Source: Desulfobacterales bacterium (GTDB lineage Bacteria; Desulfobacterota; Desulfobacteria; Desulfobacterales; UBA5852). From it: a stretch of 64,000 bases of DNA. Below the pieces are notes generated by a model that was given only the letters and a program-made list of their open reading frames with translations, made no database searches and was not told the DNA's origin. The first letter of the stretch is position 1, and the number at the start of each line of letters is the position of its first letter. The stretch covers positions 2,688,001 through 2,752,000 of the forward strand of contig CAXXVS010000003.1 in NCBI GenBank assembly GCA_963674755.2, given 5' to 3'. Shown here piece after piece: positions 1 through 10,211 of the stretch. The translations under genes and the position numbers were made by a program.

Positions 1-215
1 TCGACGAAATCGGCTGGTACGACGAAAACCAATTGGGCCTTATTCTGCCTTTTACCGCCATGGACGGGGCCAATCGTTTGGCTGACGAGATCTGCGGCAT
101 TATCCGTTCGCATTTGGAACCCGCCGAGTTTCTGGCCTGCGAGCTTTTCAGCTATGATCCGGAAAAGGTCCCTGAATCCGAAATACCTGTATGGAAGAAA
201 AATCTGCAGGATTGA
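1..215 (+). CDS. 3' end of a gene entering from the left edge; degenerate GGDEF-like domain
   Basis: Frame open from position 3: DEIGWYDENQLGLILPFTAMDGANRLADEI..., resembling the C-terminal half of a GGDEF fold without the GGDEF motif; stop TGA at 213-215. Confidence 0.5.
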   Translation, partial: DEIGWYDENQLGLILPFTAMDGANRLADEICGIIRSHLEPAEFLACELFSYDPEKVPESEIPVWKKNLQD

Positions 216-518
216 TTTAGAGAGAGCATCTGCTATTTTTCCCACATACTGCGGAATCAGTTTGCCTGCAAAATCCAATGCCGTATTTCCGCAAGAGAAT
301 TTTCCTAAATGCAGAGGGAAATTTCTATCAGGGGGATGCCGAATCGATTTTGGAATTGGATAGGTGAGCAATCATATTTGAGGGATCTTCATAATTATAG
401 ACAGTTGGACAGTGGCGCATAATCACCTATTTTGATGACAGCGTTTTTTTTTTGTGATACCCTACATCTCCCGCCATTAATCAAGAGGTTCACCTCCTTC
501 CTATGGCAATTTTCATAA

Positions 519-1511
519 ATGAGGAACTGCATGCAGCAAATAGCCTTTACCGACATAGATGATATAAAAGTAGGGCATGCGCACAATATAGATGCTGGAA
601 CGGGTTGCACTGTCGTCATCTCTGAAAATGGCGCTACGGCTGGAATCGACGTCAGGGGCGGAGCCCCGGGAACACGTGAAAGTGACCTGCTCAATCCTGT
701 AAACCTTGTGGAAAAGATACATGCGATCGTATTGTCTGGAGGCAGTGCATTCGGTCTCGATGCTGCTTCCGGTGTGATGCAATATCTGGAAGAGAGAGAT
801 GTCGGTTTTGATGTCCAGGTCACCAAGGTTCCGATTGTATGCGGAGCGGTTTTGTTCGATCTTGCTGTGGGCAATCCTCGAATACGGCCGGATAAAGAAA
901 TGGGCTATCAAGCGAGTCGGAATGCTACAAATCTTGCTTGTGCAGAAGGCTGTGTCGGTGCCGGTACGGGTGCAACGGTGGGTAAGATATTAGGCCCGGC
1001 AAGGTCCATGAAAAGCGGGCTTGGCTGTTATGCTATTCAGGTTGATGAATTAAAGATAGGTGCGATTGTTGCGGTAAACTGCCTTGGGGATGTGATCGAT
1101 CCCGAGACAGGCGAACGACTTGCAGGACTATTAGACGATGATCTGACGCAAGTGGCCGATACCGAAGAAATAATGATTCAGTCCTGTACAGAAAAGAAGA
1201 ATCTATTTGCCGGTAACACAACAATTGGAATCATTGCCACAAATGCGATATTGACAAAATCCCAGGCTACCAAACTGGCCTCAATGGCGCAAAACGGCTA
1301 CGCAAGAACGATGAGACCTGCACATTCCATGGTCGATGGGGACACCATATTCACCATGGCAACTGGGCACATTGAGGCAGACGTGAGTGTTCTCGGCCTA
1401 CTGTCGGCGAGAGTAATGGAGAGGGCCATCATTGCTGCCGTAAAGAAGGCTCATTCTCTTTTCGGGCTCAAATGCTGGGCAGATATGGAAGAGGCGAAAA
1501 GCAAGTTGTAA
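519..1511 (+). CDS. P1/S58 family peptidase (DmpA-like L-aminopeptidase/D-esterase)
   Basis: TGCTV, DVRGGAPGTRE, LSGGSAFGLDAASGV, G-NTTIG autoproteolysis-type site, DGDTIF; start may be ATG 531. Confidence 0.9.
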   Translation: MRNCMQQIAFTDIDDIKVGHAHNIDAGTGCTVVISENGATAGIDVRGGAPGTRESDLLNPVNLVEKIHAIVLSGGSAFGLDAASGVMQYLEERDVGFDVQVTKVPIVCGAVLFDLAVGNPRIRPDKEMGYQASRNATNLACAEGCVGAGTGATVGKILGPARSMKSGLGCYAIQVDELKIGAIVAVNCLGDVIDPETGERLAGLLDDDLTQVADTEEIMIQSCTEKKNLFAGNTTIGIIATNAILTKSQATKLASMAQNGYARTMRPAHSMVDGDTIFTMATGHIEADVSVLGLLSARVMERAIIAAVKKAHSLFGLKCWADMEEAKSKL

Positions 1512-1701
1512 GGCTATCATCTGAAGTAGCTTTTGGCATTGAACAAGGCTAAGAATGAAAGTCGTTGCCCAAGCGCTTTCACATCCGACCGGGTTTCCTG
1601 CCATTCCGGCGGCATTTTGGCTGCAAGGCAGATCTTATACGCAGCCGCTCAATCCCCAAGTCCAGATTTCAAAGCCGTGGAATAAATCATCCGACTGCAA
1701 A

Positions 1702-2145
1702 TCAATAAATCGATTTGACTTCCGCCAGAACGAAAGAACTGCGGGTGGCGGAAACGCCCCGGGCATTGAATACGTCCTGCAACACGACTTGGGAATAATG
1801 CTGCATATCCCGGGCGACGATTTCCAACATCAGGTCGACGTCTCCCGAAACGGCAAAAACGCTGACAACCCCCTCGATTTTCGCTAAATTATCCGCCAAC
1901 TCCTTCCAGCCCACGGCTGCATCACGGATCACGCCGCAATAGGCGCGAACGGAAAGCCCCAACTTCTTCCGATCGGTGAGTGCCCGATAACCGACAATGA
2001 CCCCTTCCTTTTCGAGTCGCGCAATCCGCCGTGAACAACTGGAATGGGACAGGTTGACCTGTCCGGCGATATCGATGTTGGACAGCCTGCCATTGGATTG
2101 AAGCGCCGCAATAATCTTCCTGTCGTAATCGTCGAGTTTGACCAT
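1702..2145 (-). CDS. Lrp/AsnC family transcriptional regulator, divergent from azlCD
   Basis: LDDYDRKII..LQ.NGRLSN..IA..V.LS.S.C.RR..RLE.EGVI.GY HTH plus C-terminal RAM domain. Confidence 0.92.
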   Translation of the reverse strand: MVKLDDYDRKIIAALQSNGRLSNIDIAGQVNLSHSSCSRRIARLEKEGVIVGYRALTDRKKLGLSVRAYCGVIRDAAVGWKELADNLAKIEGVVSVFAVSGDVDLMLEIVARDMQHYSQVVLQDVFNARGVSATRSSFVLAEVKSIY

Positions 2146-2342
2146 GTGCAAACCTTTTGCATTAAATGCCATTCGATCGGATCTTTCAGTCTAAAATTAA
2201 CATAAAAGACCGATAGATGCAAAAAATTAGCGATAATAGTCAAAAAGTAATAATATATTGCAATATTATGCTTATGTTTGTAGGTTTGCATTCATTGGCA
2301 AAGAACAACCATCAACCTGTTTAGCCGCCGAGGTTTTCACAT

Positions 2343-3062
2343 ATGACGTCATACTCCGTTGCAGCAAGCAGCTCCCCTTTAAAGGATGGCTTGAGCGCGG
2401 GGTGGCCCATCTGCTTGGGTTACCTCCCCATCGGTATAGCCTTCGGGGTTCTGGCTCAGAAGGCAGGTCTTACGCCGGTTCAAATCGGCCTGATGTCCAT
2501 TATGGTGTTTGCCGGCAGTTCCCAGTTTATCGCTGTTTCCATGATTGCCGCCGGAGCCTCCGCAACGGCCATCATCACGACCACCTTTGTGGTCAATTTG
2601 CGCCACGTCTTGATGAGTTCCAGCCTTGCCATTTATTTAAAGTCGGCTCGCCGAGGATTGCTGGCCCTGTATGCCTATGGCGTGACCGACGAAAGCTTTG
2701 CCGTCAACCTTCCCCGGTTCAATGCCAACGACTGGAGCCTGGGGCGAGCCCTGGTTGTTAATCACGCCGCCAACCTCACCTGGTTCTTGAGCACCGTGGC
2801 CGGCGGCATCGGCGGCCGGTTTATTCCCGAGGGCGCCCTGGGCATCGATTACGCCCTCATCGCCATGTTCATCTGCCTGCTTATCTACCAGATTAGGAAA
2901 TGGATTCATTTGCTCACCGCTGTGATCGCCGGCATAACTGCCGTGGGGTTGGCTCTGAAGTTCCAGGGCAACACCTATATTGTCATCGCTTCTGTGATTG
3001 CCGCTACGGCGGGTGTGATCATCCAAAACCAAGCCATGCGAAGGAAAAGGGACAATGGCTGA
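2343..3062 (+). CDS. azlC: AzlC family branched-chain amino acid exporter, large subunit
   Basis: GYLPIGIAFG, VFAGSSQF, VNLRH, TDESFA motifs; hydrophobic. Confidence 0.9.
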   Translation: MTSYSVAASSSPLKDGLSAGWPICLGYLPIGIAFGVLAQKAGLTPVQIGLMSIMVFAGSSQFIAVSMIAAGASATAIITTTFVVNLRHVLMSSSLAIYLKSARRGLLALYAYGVTDESFAVNLPRFNANDWSLGRALVVNHAANLTWFLSTVAGGIGGRFIPEGALGIDYALIAMFICLLIYQIRKWIHLLTAVIAGITAVGLALKFQGNTYIVIASVIAATAGVIIQNQAMRRKRDNG

Positions 3063-3396
3063 TTATCTGACATTGCTTGTCGGAATGGGGTTGGTGACTT
3101 ATCTGCCCCGCTGGATGCCGCTGCATTACCTCTCACGGCGCTCCCTTCCGGATTGGTTCATCCAGTGGTTGGGATTGATCCCATCGGCCATTTTGAGTGC
3201 CCTATTGTTGCCGGTCCTGGTTCTCGGTGAAAACCCACGTCACATCGATTTCCTGCGTCCCGAGTTGTGGGTGGCGCTGCCCACGTTCGCCTTTGCCTGG
3301 TGGACGCGGTCGTTGGGTGGAACAGTGGTCGTGGGAATGCTGCTGTTTTGGTTAGTGGGAAAGATCGACCCGCTGTGGATCGCATGGTTGAGATGA
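3055..3396 (+). CDS. azlD: AzlD domain membrane protein
   Basis: GMGLVTYLPRWMP...IPSAILSALL...TRSLGGTVVVGM; overlaps the azlC stop. Confidence 0.88.
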   Translation: MADYLTLLVGMGLVTYLPRWMPLHYLSRRSLPDWFIQWLGLIPSAILSALLLPVLVLGENPRHIDFLRPELWVALPTFAFAWWTRSLGGTVVVGMLLFWLVGKIDPLWIAWLR

Positions 3397-3924
3397 AGTA
3401 AATCTGTGGGCGTGCAAAATAAGGGCGGCTCGGCCGGAATCCAGCCGCCGGCAATGAAATGACGTTGCCGGTTCGGCGCGTAGTGCCATCCAAGTATTCA
3501 GGTACGTGGCGGGGACGGCCTAATGCTGGGAAATGCGGGGCAGGGGATTAGCGTATCCTATTTGAAATATTGTCATCTTACGGACAGTGGCACGTAATCT
3601 GGATATTTGGCAGGTACAATTTCGGTGGGTTTATCTCAATGTAACTGTATTAGGACTACTGGCGGCTTTGGATGTTTGTTGCCCTATTTCGACGCCACCT
3701 TTTTGACTCCAAAATTCAATTGATCTCTACTCGTATTCCTTACAGGTCACTGTTACCTGATTTTCCCAATAGGCACTCAATTTATAAAAAATTGGGTATC
3801 TTCTTACCTAAGCGCCAATCATAGAAATCCTCTTAAATTTATATATCACTGAAATTATGTAGCTTTCCGGAATCGTAGGTTTGTGTATATTTCTTGCATA
3901 TGCTCATAACAATTTCCGAACCAA

Positions 3925-4047
3925 AATTGGATCTAAAGCCAACCTGCTTTTAGGGGGCGGAAAGCTACGGGTCTAATAGCGCGGTCAAATTTACTTTTTG
4001 ATTAGCATCCTACAAATTCCAGCGCTTTAGATAGCCGAGCTGCCGAA
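3925..4047 (+). promoter_or_regulatory. c-di-GMP-I (GEMM) riboswitch aptamer, atypical P2 loop
   Basis: TAAAGCCAACCT...AGGGGGCGGAAAGCTACGGGTCTAA...TTAGATAGCCGAGCTGCCGAA matches GEMM core segments; P3 pairings TCTAA/TTAGA and AGCGC/GCGCT. Confidence 0.75.
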
Positions 4048-4090
4048 TGCGACATCGTCAAGAGCGCATGCGGTTTAGCTCGGCTTTTTT
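4033..4090 (+). terminator. Intrinsic terminator overlapping the riboswitch 3' strand (expression platform)
   Basis: AGCCGAGCT (4033-4041) pairs with AGCTCGGCT (4077-4085), with inner GCCG/CGGT and ATGC/GCAT pairs, followed by a T run. Confidence 0.75.
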
Positions 4091-4469
4091 ATTACCGATC
4101 ATCTACGAATAATTTAAAACGATAAAGCCAAACCTGTTGTGAGGCAAGGGGAGAACGGCTTCTTCGGGACGAGAGGTTACTGCCAATCTATAGTAGGCCT
4201 TTTCTTTTGGCATAACCTTGACCATGGGTCAATTGTTTTGCGAATTGATAGAAGAATCCGCATGACTATAGGCAGAGTTATCCAACAAACAGTGCTGTGC
4301 AACACATGCACAATAATTGTTTTCCCATCTATTTTCTTCTTGGCGATAGCGAGAACCGATATGAAAGGTACTCTTGTAGTATTAACACAAGGGAAACTAA
4401 ATCAGAAAGGAGGAATCATCGGCTGTTAAAGGCAAAAATCCTTAATAGCAAGCGAAGGGGGAGGTAAAA

Positions 4470-6116
4470 ATGAATGGTAAAAAAGCATGTATTATTTTGA
4501 TACTCTCTTTTGTGATCACTACGATGGTTTTATTCTCGCCCCAAGCCAGCCAAGCATTTTGGGAAGGCATGAATATTTCCGAGAAGTTGGATGAATTTGA
4601 GATGCTGGACCTTGAAACCTATCTTGAAGAAAATTTCGGGGGCGAGCAAGGTCCTTTGGGATACCCACCGCAGTATTCCGACAACGACGCTATCCTCATA
4701 AACTATGGCGTGAAGCTTAACATACCTGACAAGACTTGGGGCGAATTTACCTTGATTAGCGCCATGGGTTTTTTCGGGGGGCAATATGATTGTACAGGGT
4801 TGCCTGGGGCACCTCCTCCGGATGGTACGGGCGTATCCCGCTGCGGGGCTGTCTTGATCGACATGGAGGGGAACCTCATCAACGGATGGGCGACCCCCGC
4901 GCTGGGAATTCCGTCCAAGATGCTGCCCAACGGAGACGTATTGCTGGGTCAAGATGGTGGTCTTGAAGGTATTTTAACGCAGGTGAACTGGCACGGAGAA
5001 AGGATCAATCAGTGGGGTCCTATGCACCATGATCACCAGCGCGAGGGCAATCCGGTGGGCTACTATGCGCCAGGACAATTCGCCCAGTCCGATTCTGGCA
5101 TCACCATGCGCATGGACCGAGAAGAAGAAGCGGATAGGCCTGACATCGGCGGCGATCGCATTCTGGAGGATGACCTGATCATTCAAGAGGACTGGGACGG
5201 TACGGAAACATGGCGATGGAAAGCCAGCGACCACTATTTCGCGGATGACACAGGAAATTTGGGTTTTGGATTGGATGCCAACGCCCAGTGGGCCGTAAAG
5301 TACGGGCCTTATGTGAATGGATTCTTTGCGCACGATTACACCCATGCCAACTGTGCGTCTTGGCTCGGGCCCAATCCCTGGTTTAAAAAACCCCATGGTG
5401 AGAAGGACTACCGTTTCCACCCCGAGAATATCATTGCCGACTTCCGCTCTCAGAATATCCTCTTCATTATTGCCCGCTTCGACCACCCGGACGGCCTTTT
5501 CAAGGAAGGGGACATCGTGTGGCGAGTCGGACCAAATTTTACCGCTGACATGCCCGAGCACAAAATAGGCCAAATTATTGGGCCCCACGGCACCCACATG
5601 ATCCCCAGGGGGCTTCCTGGCGCGGGCAACATCCTCGTTTTTGATAACGGCGGCATGGCTGGCTTCGGGTCTTATTTCCCCGGCAGCAGGGCGCCACTTA
5701 ATCAAGAGGGTAATAATCCAAACGGCGAGATCGGAACCTATCCGAACAAATTTAGAAGCTATTCCCGGGTTATCGAATTCAACCCGATCACTCTGGAAGT
5801 AGTCTGGGAATACCTTCAGCCGAATCCCACAGAGGACCTCGACGGGGACGGGGAAACGATCGGAAATGAACGCAAGTTCTTCGCCTCCCATTATAGCAAT
5901 GCTCAGCGCTTAAAAAACGGCAACACCCTTGTTACCGAAGGCAACGCTGGCCGCGTTTTCGAGTTGACGCCTGAGGATGAAGTTGTCTGGGAGTACGCGG
6001 CTCCTCCTAACCCATCTGGTGGCTGGGGGATGACTTGGGGTGACTATCGTGCTTACCGGGTCCCTGCCTCGTGGGTGTACCGTCAGATTAATCCTGTTGA
6101 AGGGGTGGATGATTAA
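4470..6116 (+). CDS. Secreted aryl-sulfate sulfotransferase (ASST)-like beta-propeller protein
   Basis: Signal peptide (..SQA|FW); HHD, HAN, FRSQN, GPHG, NGNTLVTEG..GRVFE..EVVWEY, YRAYR motifs; GGAGG RBS. Confidence 0.8.
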   Translation: MNGKKACIILILSFVITTMVLFSPQASQAFWEGMNISEKLDEFEMLDLETYLEENFGGEQGPLGYPPQYSDNDAILINYGVKLNIPDKTWGEFTLISAMGFFGGQYDCTGLPGAPPPDGTGVSRCGAVLIDMEGNLINGWATPALGIPSKMLPNGDVLLGQDGGLEGILTQVNWHGERINQWGPMHHDHQREGNPVGYYAPGQFAQSDSGITMRMDREEEADRPDIGGDRILEDDLIIQEDWDGTETWRWKASDHYFADDTGNLGFGLDANAQWAVKYGPYVNGFFAHDYTHANCASWLGPNPWFKKPHGEKDYRFHPENIIADFRSQNILFIIARFDHPDGLFKEGDIVWRVGPNFTADMPEHKIGQIIGPHGTHMIPRGLPGAGNILVFDNGGMAGFGSYFPGSRAPLNQEGNNPNGEIGTYPNKFRSYSRVIEFNPITLEVVWEYLQPNPTEDLDGDGETIGNERKFFASHYSNAQRLKNGNTLVTEGNAGRVFELTPEDEVVWEYAAPPNPSGGWGMTWGDYRAYRVPASWVYRQINPVEGVDD

Positions 6117-6162
6117 AAAATCCTGGTTAGGGTGCAAATAACCGGGGAAGATGTAATCTCAA

Positions 6163-6192
6163 AAGGGCAGGGTCGCCGATGATCCTGCCCTT
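6163..6192 (+). terminator. Stem-loop after the ASST-like gene
   Basis: AAGGGCAGG ... CCTGCCCTT inverted repeat about 45 nt after the stop. Confidence 0.6.
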
Positions 6193-6490
6193 ATAAATCT
6201 ATAGATATCCTAATCGGGAATCATGCTAAAGGATTGGCCCCATTTGGATACATCTATGGATAGATCAGACTGCGATATTATTGGGTGAACAAGTAGCAAT
6301 GATATGGTCATATACAGAGCACTCTTTCAGAATTATGTTTCTCTAAAGCGGCACCTATCTCCAACTAGTCCGTAAAACTCCCAGAATTGTGTTAGCTGCT
6401 ATTAAACAAAAAAATTCGAACTCGCCCACCACTCTGAGATAGCGATTTTTAATTTGCACATAGAAGAAACACCGGATTTAAGGTGGCCAA

Positions 6491-6532
6491 ACGAAAAAGC
6501 GGTTCAGGCATTTGCCTGAACCGCTTTTTCGT
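6491..6532. terminator. Bidirectional intrinsic terminator downstream of the aminotransferase
   Basis: Perfect inverted repeat ACGAAAAAGCGGTTCAGGC / GCCTGAACCGCTTTTTCGT with A and T tracts on both sides. Confidence 0.8.
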
Positions 6533-6620
6533 ATCCGGCCACAAGGGTCGGCTTTACCCATCTGTCTGCCCGAAGTGCGCGATGTCCGCGGATAGCACGG
6601 CGATTATCGCAATGGACTCA

Positions 6621-7967
6621 TCACACCTCGCCGAAGGCGATATCCAGCACCTCCAGCATGAAATCCACATCTTCCCGCGTGATGCACATGGGCGGTTTAA
6701 TGCGCAGCACGCTGCCGAACAAGCCGCCCTTGCCGATGAGCAGCCCCAGTTCGCGGGACCGCTCGAAGACTTTGAGGCAAGCTTCCGGGAAAGGTTCCTT
6801 GGTCTGGCGGTCTTTTACGAGTTCGATGCCGGTCATGAGGCCCTTGCCCCGGACGTCGCCGATGACCTCGTGCTTGTCCATCAGGCGGCGGAACCCGTCC
6901 AACATGTAGCCGCCCACCTCGGCGCAGCGCGCTTGCAGGTTGTCGCGCAGAATGATTTCCAGGACTTTCTTGCCGATGGCGCAGGACACCGGGTTGCCGC
7001 CGAAGGTATTGAAATGGATGCGGTTGGTGAGCGAGCTGGCGATTTCCGGTGTGGTCACCACGGCCGCCAGGGGGGTGCCGTTGCCGATGCTCTTGGCCAT
7101 GGTCACGATGTCGGGAATCACTTCCTGGGTTTCGAACCCCCAGAAGCGCTCGCCGGTGCGGCCGAACCCGGTCTGGACTTCGTCGGCGATGCACAGGCCA
7201 CCGGCGGTCCGCACGTGTTCGTAGGCCTGTTTGAGGTAGCCGTCGGGATAGACCACCGTGCCCCCGACGCCCTGGATGGATTCGGCAAAAAAGGCCGCCA
7301 CTTTGCCCGGGGTGGCATACTGGATCAGGCTGCGGATGTCCTCGGCGTATTTGGCGCCGGCCGCGGGATCGTCAAAGCCCCAGGGCCCCCGGTAGGGATC
7401 GGCGCAAAGGGCATGGTGGACGCCGAAGCTGTGGGGATAGTTGTACTTCCAGGTGCTGTGGGCCGTCAGCCCCATGGCCGAAGGGCTGCCGCCGTGGTAG
7501 GCATTGCGCAGGGCTACCATGTCGTAATTGCCGGTATAGAGACGGGCCATCAGGACGGCCAGGTCGTTGGCCTCGGTGCCGGAATTGACGAAATAGCACA
7601 CGCTCAGATCGCCGGGCAGGGTATCGGCAAGGGCCTTGCCGTATTCGGCGATGACCGGGTGGTAGTAAATGGTGGTGGTGTGATGCAAGGTTTCCATCTG
7701 CTTCCGGGCGGCCTCCACCACTTCGGGATGGCAGTGGCCCACGCTGACGGTCACGATGCCGCCGAAGCCGTCCAGGTAGCGGCGTCCGGTCTCATCGAAA
7801 AGATACTGCATGGACCCCTCCACGATCATGAGGGGTTTTTTGTAGTAGGCCATCAGGGCCGGTGAGAGGTAGCGCTTGCGTAAGGCCGCCACCTCGTCGA
7901 AGTCGGGTCCGTCATAAGGGCGGGGCTGGTGGTCGCAGGGCGGTAGTTGGGGGGCTGGGGTCGACAT
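6621..7967 (-). CDS. Class III PLP aminotransferase, AGXT2-like (beta-alanine/alanine-glyoxylate transaminase)
   Basis: GIVTVSVGHCHP, NSGTEAN, ESIQGVGG, DEVQTGFGRTG, MAKSIGNG (PLP Lys), FNTFGGNP, RIKPPMC. Confidence 0.9.
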   Translation of the reverse strand: MSTPAPQLPPCDHQPRPYDGPDFDEVAALRKRYLSPALMAYYKKPLMIVEGSMQYLFDETGRRYLDGFGGIVTVSVGHCHPEVVEAARKQMETLHHTTTIYYHPVIAEYGKALADTLPGDLSVCYFVNSGTEANDLAVLMARLYTGNYDMVALRNAYHGGSPSAMGLTAHSTWKYNYPHSFGVHHALCADPYRGPWGFDDPAAGAKYAEDIRSLIQYATPGKVAAFFAESIQGVGGTVVYPDGYLKQAYEHVRTAGGLCIADEVQTGFGRTGERFWGFETQEVIPDIVTMAKSIGNGTPLAAVVTTPEIASSLTNRIHFNTFGGNPVSCAIGKKVLEIILRDNLQARCAEVGGYMLDGFRRLMDKHEVIGDVRGKGLMTGIELVKDRQTKEPFPEACLKVFERSRELGLLIGKGGLFGSVLRIKPPMCITREDVDFMLEVLDIAFGEV

Positions 7968-7981
7968 GGATTCTCCTCGTT

Positions 7982-8413
7982 TTAGACGTTTTCAGCCAGT
8001 TGCTGGCCATGGGCGGTATGTTTCTTGCCGATGGTTTTAAGCGCGCGGGCCACTTCCGGCAGGGCCCTGATTTTTTCCATGGCCGCTTGGTAGAAAGCCT
8101 CCGCCGTTTCTTCGATGCGGCGGGCGTCGGCCAGGATGTCGGCGGGCGTGCGATCGGCCGGATCGGCGTATTCCAGCACGTAAGGGGCCCGGTAGAAATC
8201 CTGGATGGGCTCCAGGATCATTTCGGTGACATTCTCGCGCCGGGTGCGCTGCAGGGTCTGGATATGCTTGCGGCTGTCCTTGGCATACTGCCGATAGCGG
8301 TCGGCGACATCGGCGCAGGCCGGGTTGGCGGCGGCGCTTTCATAAAAGGTCATGATAAGATTTTCCATGGCCTCGGCAAAATTGCAGATGCTGCCGAAAT
8401 TGTTCAGTGGCAT
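7982..8413 (-). CDS. Ferritin-like (rubrerythrin-related) four-helix protein
   Basis: FGSI..FA..ME....FY, RTRRENVTEMILEPI, E....FY helical repeats. Confidence 0.7.
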   Translation of the reverse strand: MPLNNFGSICNFAEAMENLIMTFYESAAANPACADVADRYRQYAKDSRKHIQTLQRTRRENVTEMILEPIQDFYRAPYVLEYADPADRTPADILADARRIEETAEAFYQAAMEKIRALPEVARALKTIGKKHTAHGQQLAENV

Positions 8414-8608
8414 GACTTCTCCTTAGGGTTTTCTAATTCAGCTATAGCGGGCAAAGACGCCTGATGGGCTTAGAGTTTGAGAGCGTCACGGTTTCTGCGA
8501 CCTGTTCATTTTTTCACGTGAGAGAAAATATGATGTCGTAAAAAATGCCCTACGCCGCCTTAAGAGACGTTTTACGTGTCAAACAAGAAGACAAGCCCAA
8601 ATAGCGAT

Positions 8609-8754
8609 TAGAAGCCATCTCAAAATTAGGGTTTTCGTTCGAGATCAAGGCGAAGCCGAGTATCAACCCGCAGGCATACTCCAGTATGCCGAGGACTTGA
8701 GGTGAGGCTTCAACGCCGATATCGGACGAAAAAACTTTTTTGAGATAGCTTATA
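8609..8754 (-). repeat. 146-bp palindromic structured element, copy 1
   Basis: Terminal IR TAGAAGCCATCTCAAAA / TTTTGAGATAGCTTATA; its reverse complement aligns without gaps to 10933-11078 and 35448-35593. Confidence 0.85.
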
Positions 8755-8756
8755 GT

Positions 8757-10211
8757 CTACAACCAGCGTTCGATGACCACCTTGGTATCGGTGAAGAACT
8801 GGAAGATCTCCTGGCCGTGCCCCTTGATGTCGCCGAACATGGACTCCCCGGCCCCGCCGAAGGGGAAGAAGCTCATGGGGGCGGCAATACCGATGTTGAT
8901 GCCGATCATGCTGGGCTTGACCCGGTATTTGAACTCCCGTGCGGCGGCACCGCTGCCGGTGTAAAGACAGGCCGCATTGGCAAATCCGCGGGTGTTGATC
9001 AGGTCGACGACCGTGTCCAGATCGGCCGCGCGCACGATGCTCACCACCGGACCGAAGATTTCTTCCCGGGCGATGGTCATGTCCGGGGCCACCCGGTCGA
9101 AGACCGTGGGGCCGATGAAAAAGCCTTCCGGGTGGTCGGGGTTGGTGTAGCCCCGTCCGTCCAGGACCAGTTCGGCGCCCTCCTGGATGCCTTTTTCGAT
9201 ATAGCCCAGCACGCGCTCGCGGTGGGCCGCGCTGACCACGGGCCCCATGCCGGTCTGTTCGTCAAGTCCGTCACCGATTTTCATGGCTTGGGCCGCGGCG
9301 ATGAATTCCTCCCGCAGCCGGTCGGCCACATCGCCCACCGGCACCAGGATCGATCCGGACAGGCAGCGCTGACCGGTGCAGCCGAAAAAGGAGGTGATCA
9401 GGGATGGCAGGGCCGCCTTGAGATTGGCATCCGGCATGACGGCCACGATGTTTTTGGCGCCTCCCAAAGCCTGCACCCGTTTGCCGGTTTCGCCGCAGCG
9501 TTTGTAGATGTATTTGGCGGTGGGGGTCGACCCCACGAAGGAGATGCCTTCGATGTCGGGATGGTCCAGCAGGGCGTTGACCACGTCCCGGGAGCCGTGG
9601 ACCATGTTGACCACGCCTTCGGGAAAGCCCACCTCGTCGATGATCTCGAAAATCCTGGTCTGGGTCATGGGTACCTGCTCGGAGGGCTTCAGCACGAAGG
9701 TGTTGCCCGCTACCAGGGCATAGGGCAGGAACCACCAGGGCACCATGGCCGGGAAGTTGTAGGGCGCGATGGCTGCGAAAACCCCCATGGGCTGGCGATG
9801 GCCGTGGCAGTCGATCCCCTTGGCGATATCTTCCAGAGTATAGCCGCACATCAGGGTGGTGACCCCGGTGGCATGCTCCACGTTTTCGATCATGCGCCGC
9901 ACTTCGCCCCGGGCTTCGTCGATGGCCTTGCCCTGTTCGGTGGTCAGGGTGCGGGCGATATCTTCGAATTCCTCCTCGAAAGCGTCCCGCAGGCGGAACA
10001 GATAGCGGGCCCGGGTCAGGGGCGGGGTCTCGCGCCATTCCGGATAAGCGTCCCGGGCGGCCTTGACCGCCTGGTCCACATCGTGGCTGTCGCTGTAAGG
10101 GACGGTGGCGATTTTTTGGCCGGTGGCCGGGTTGCGGATGTCGCCGGTCGTAGCGGATCCCGATGTGACCCATTCGCCGTTGATGTAATTTTTAAGCATG
10201 GAATCTGGCAT
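8757..10211 (-). CDS. mmsA: CoA-acylating (methyl)malonate-semialdehyde dehydrogenase
   Basis: PYNFPAMVPWW, KPSEQVP, SFVGST, VQALGGAKN, GQRCL (catalytic Cys), EEIFGPV, FFPFGG; start could be 10238. Confidence 0.9.
   Translation of the reverse strand: MPDSMLKNYINGEWVTSGSATTGDIRNPATGQKIATVPYSDSHDVDQAVKAARDAYPEWRETPPLTRARYLFRLRDAFEEEFEDIARTLTTEQGKAIDEARGEVRRMIENVEHATGVTTLMCGYTLEDIAKGIDCHGHRQPMGVFAAIAPYNFPAMVPWWFLPYALVAGNTFVLKPSEQVPMTQTRIFEIIDEVGFPEGVVNMVHGSRDVVNALLDHPDIEGISFVGSTPTAKYIYKRCGETGKRVQALGGAKNIVAVMPDANLKAALPSLITSFFGCTGQRCLSGSILVPVGDVADRLREEFIAAAQAMKIGDGLDEQTGMGPVVSAAHRERVLGYIEKGIQEGAELVLDGRGYTNPDHPEGFFIGPTVFDRVAPDMTIAREEIFGPVVSIVRAADLDTVVDLINTRGFANAACLYTGSGAAAREFKYRVKPSMIGINIGIAAPMSFFPFGGAGESMFGDIKGHGQEIFQFFTDTKVVIERWL

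Noticed and set aside
3588..3603. Sigma-54 promoter TGGCACG-N4-CTGG
   Set aside because: The -12 element lacks the required GC
4139..4429. 96-aa ORF in the ASST leader
   Set aside because: GTG start inside the riboswitch-like segment, no RBS, no motif
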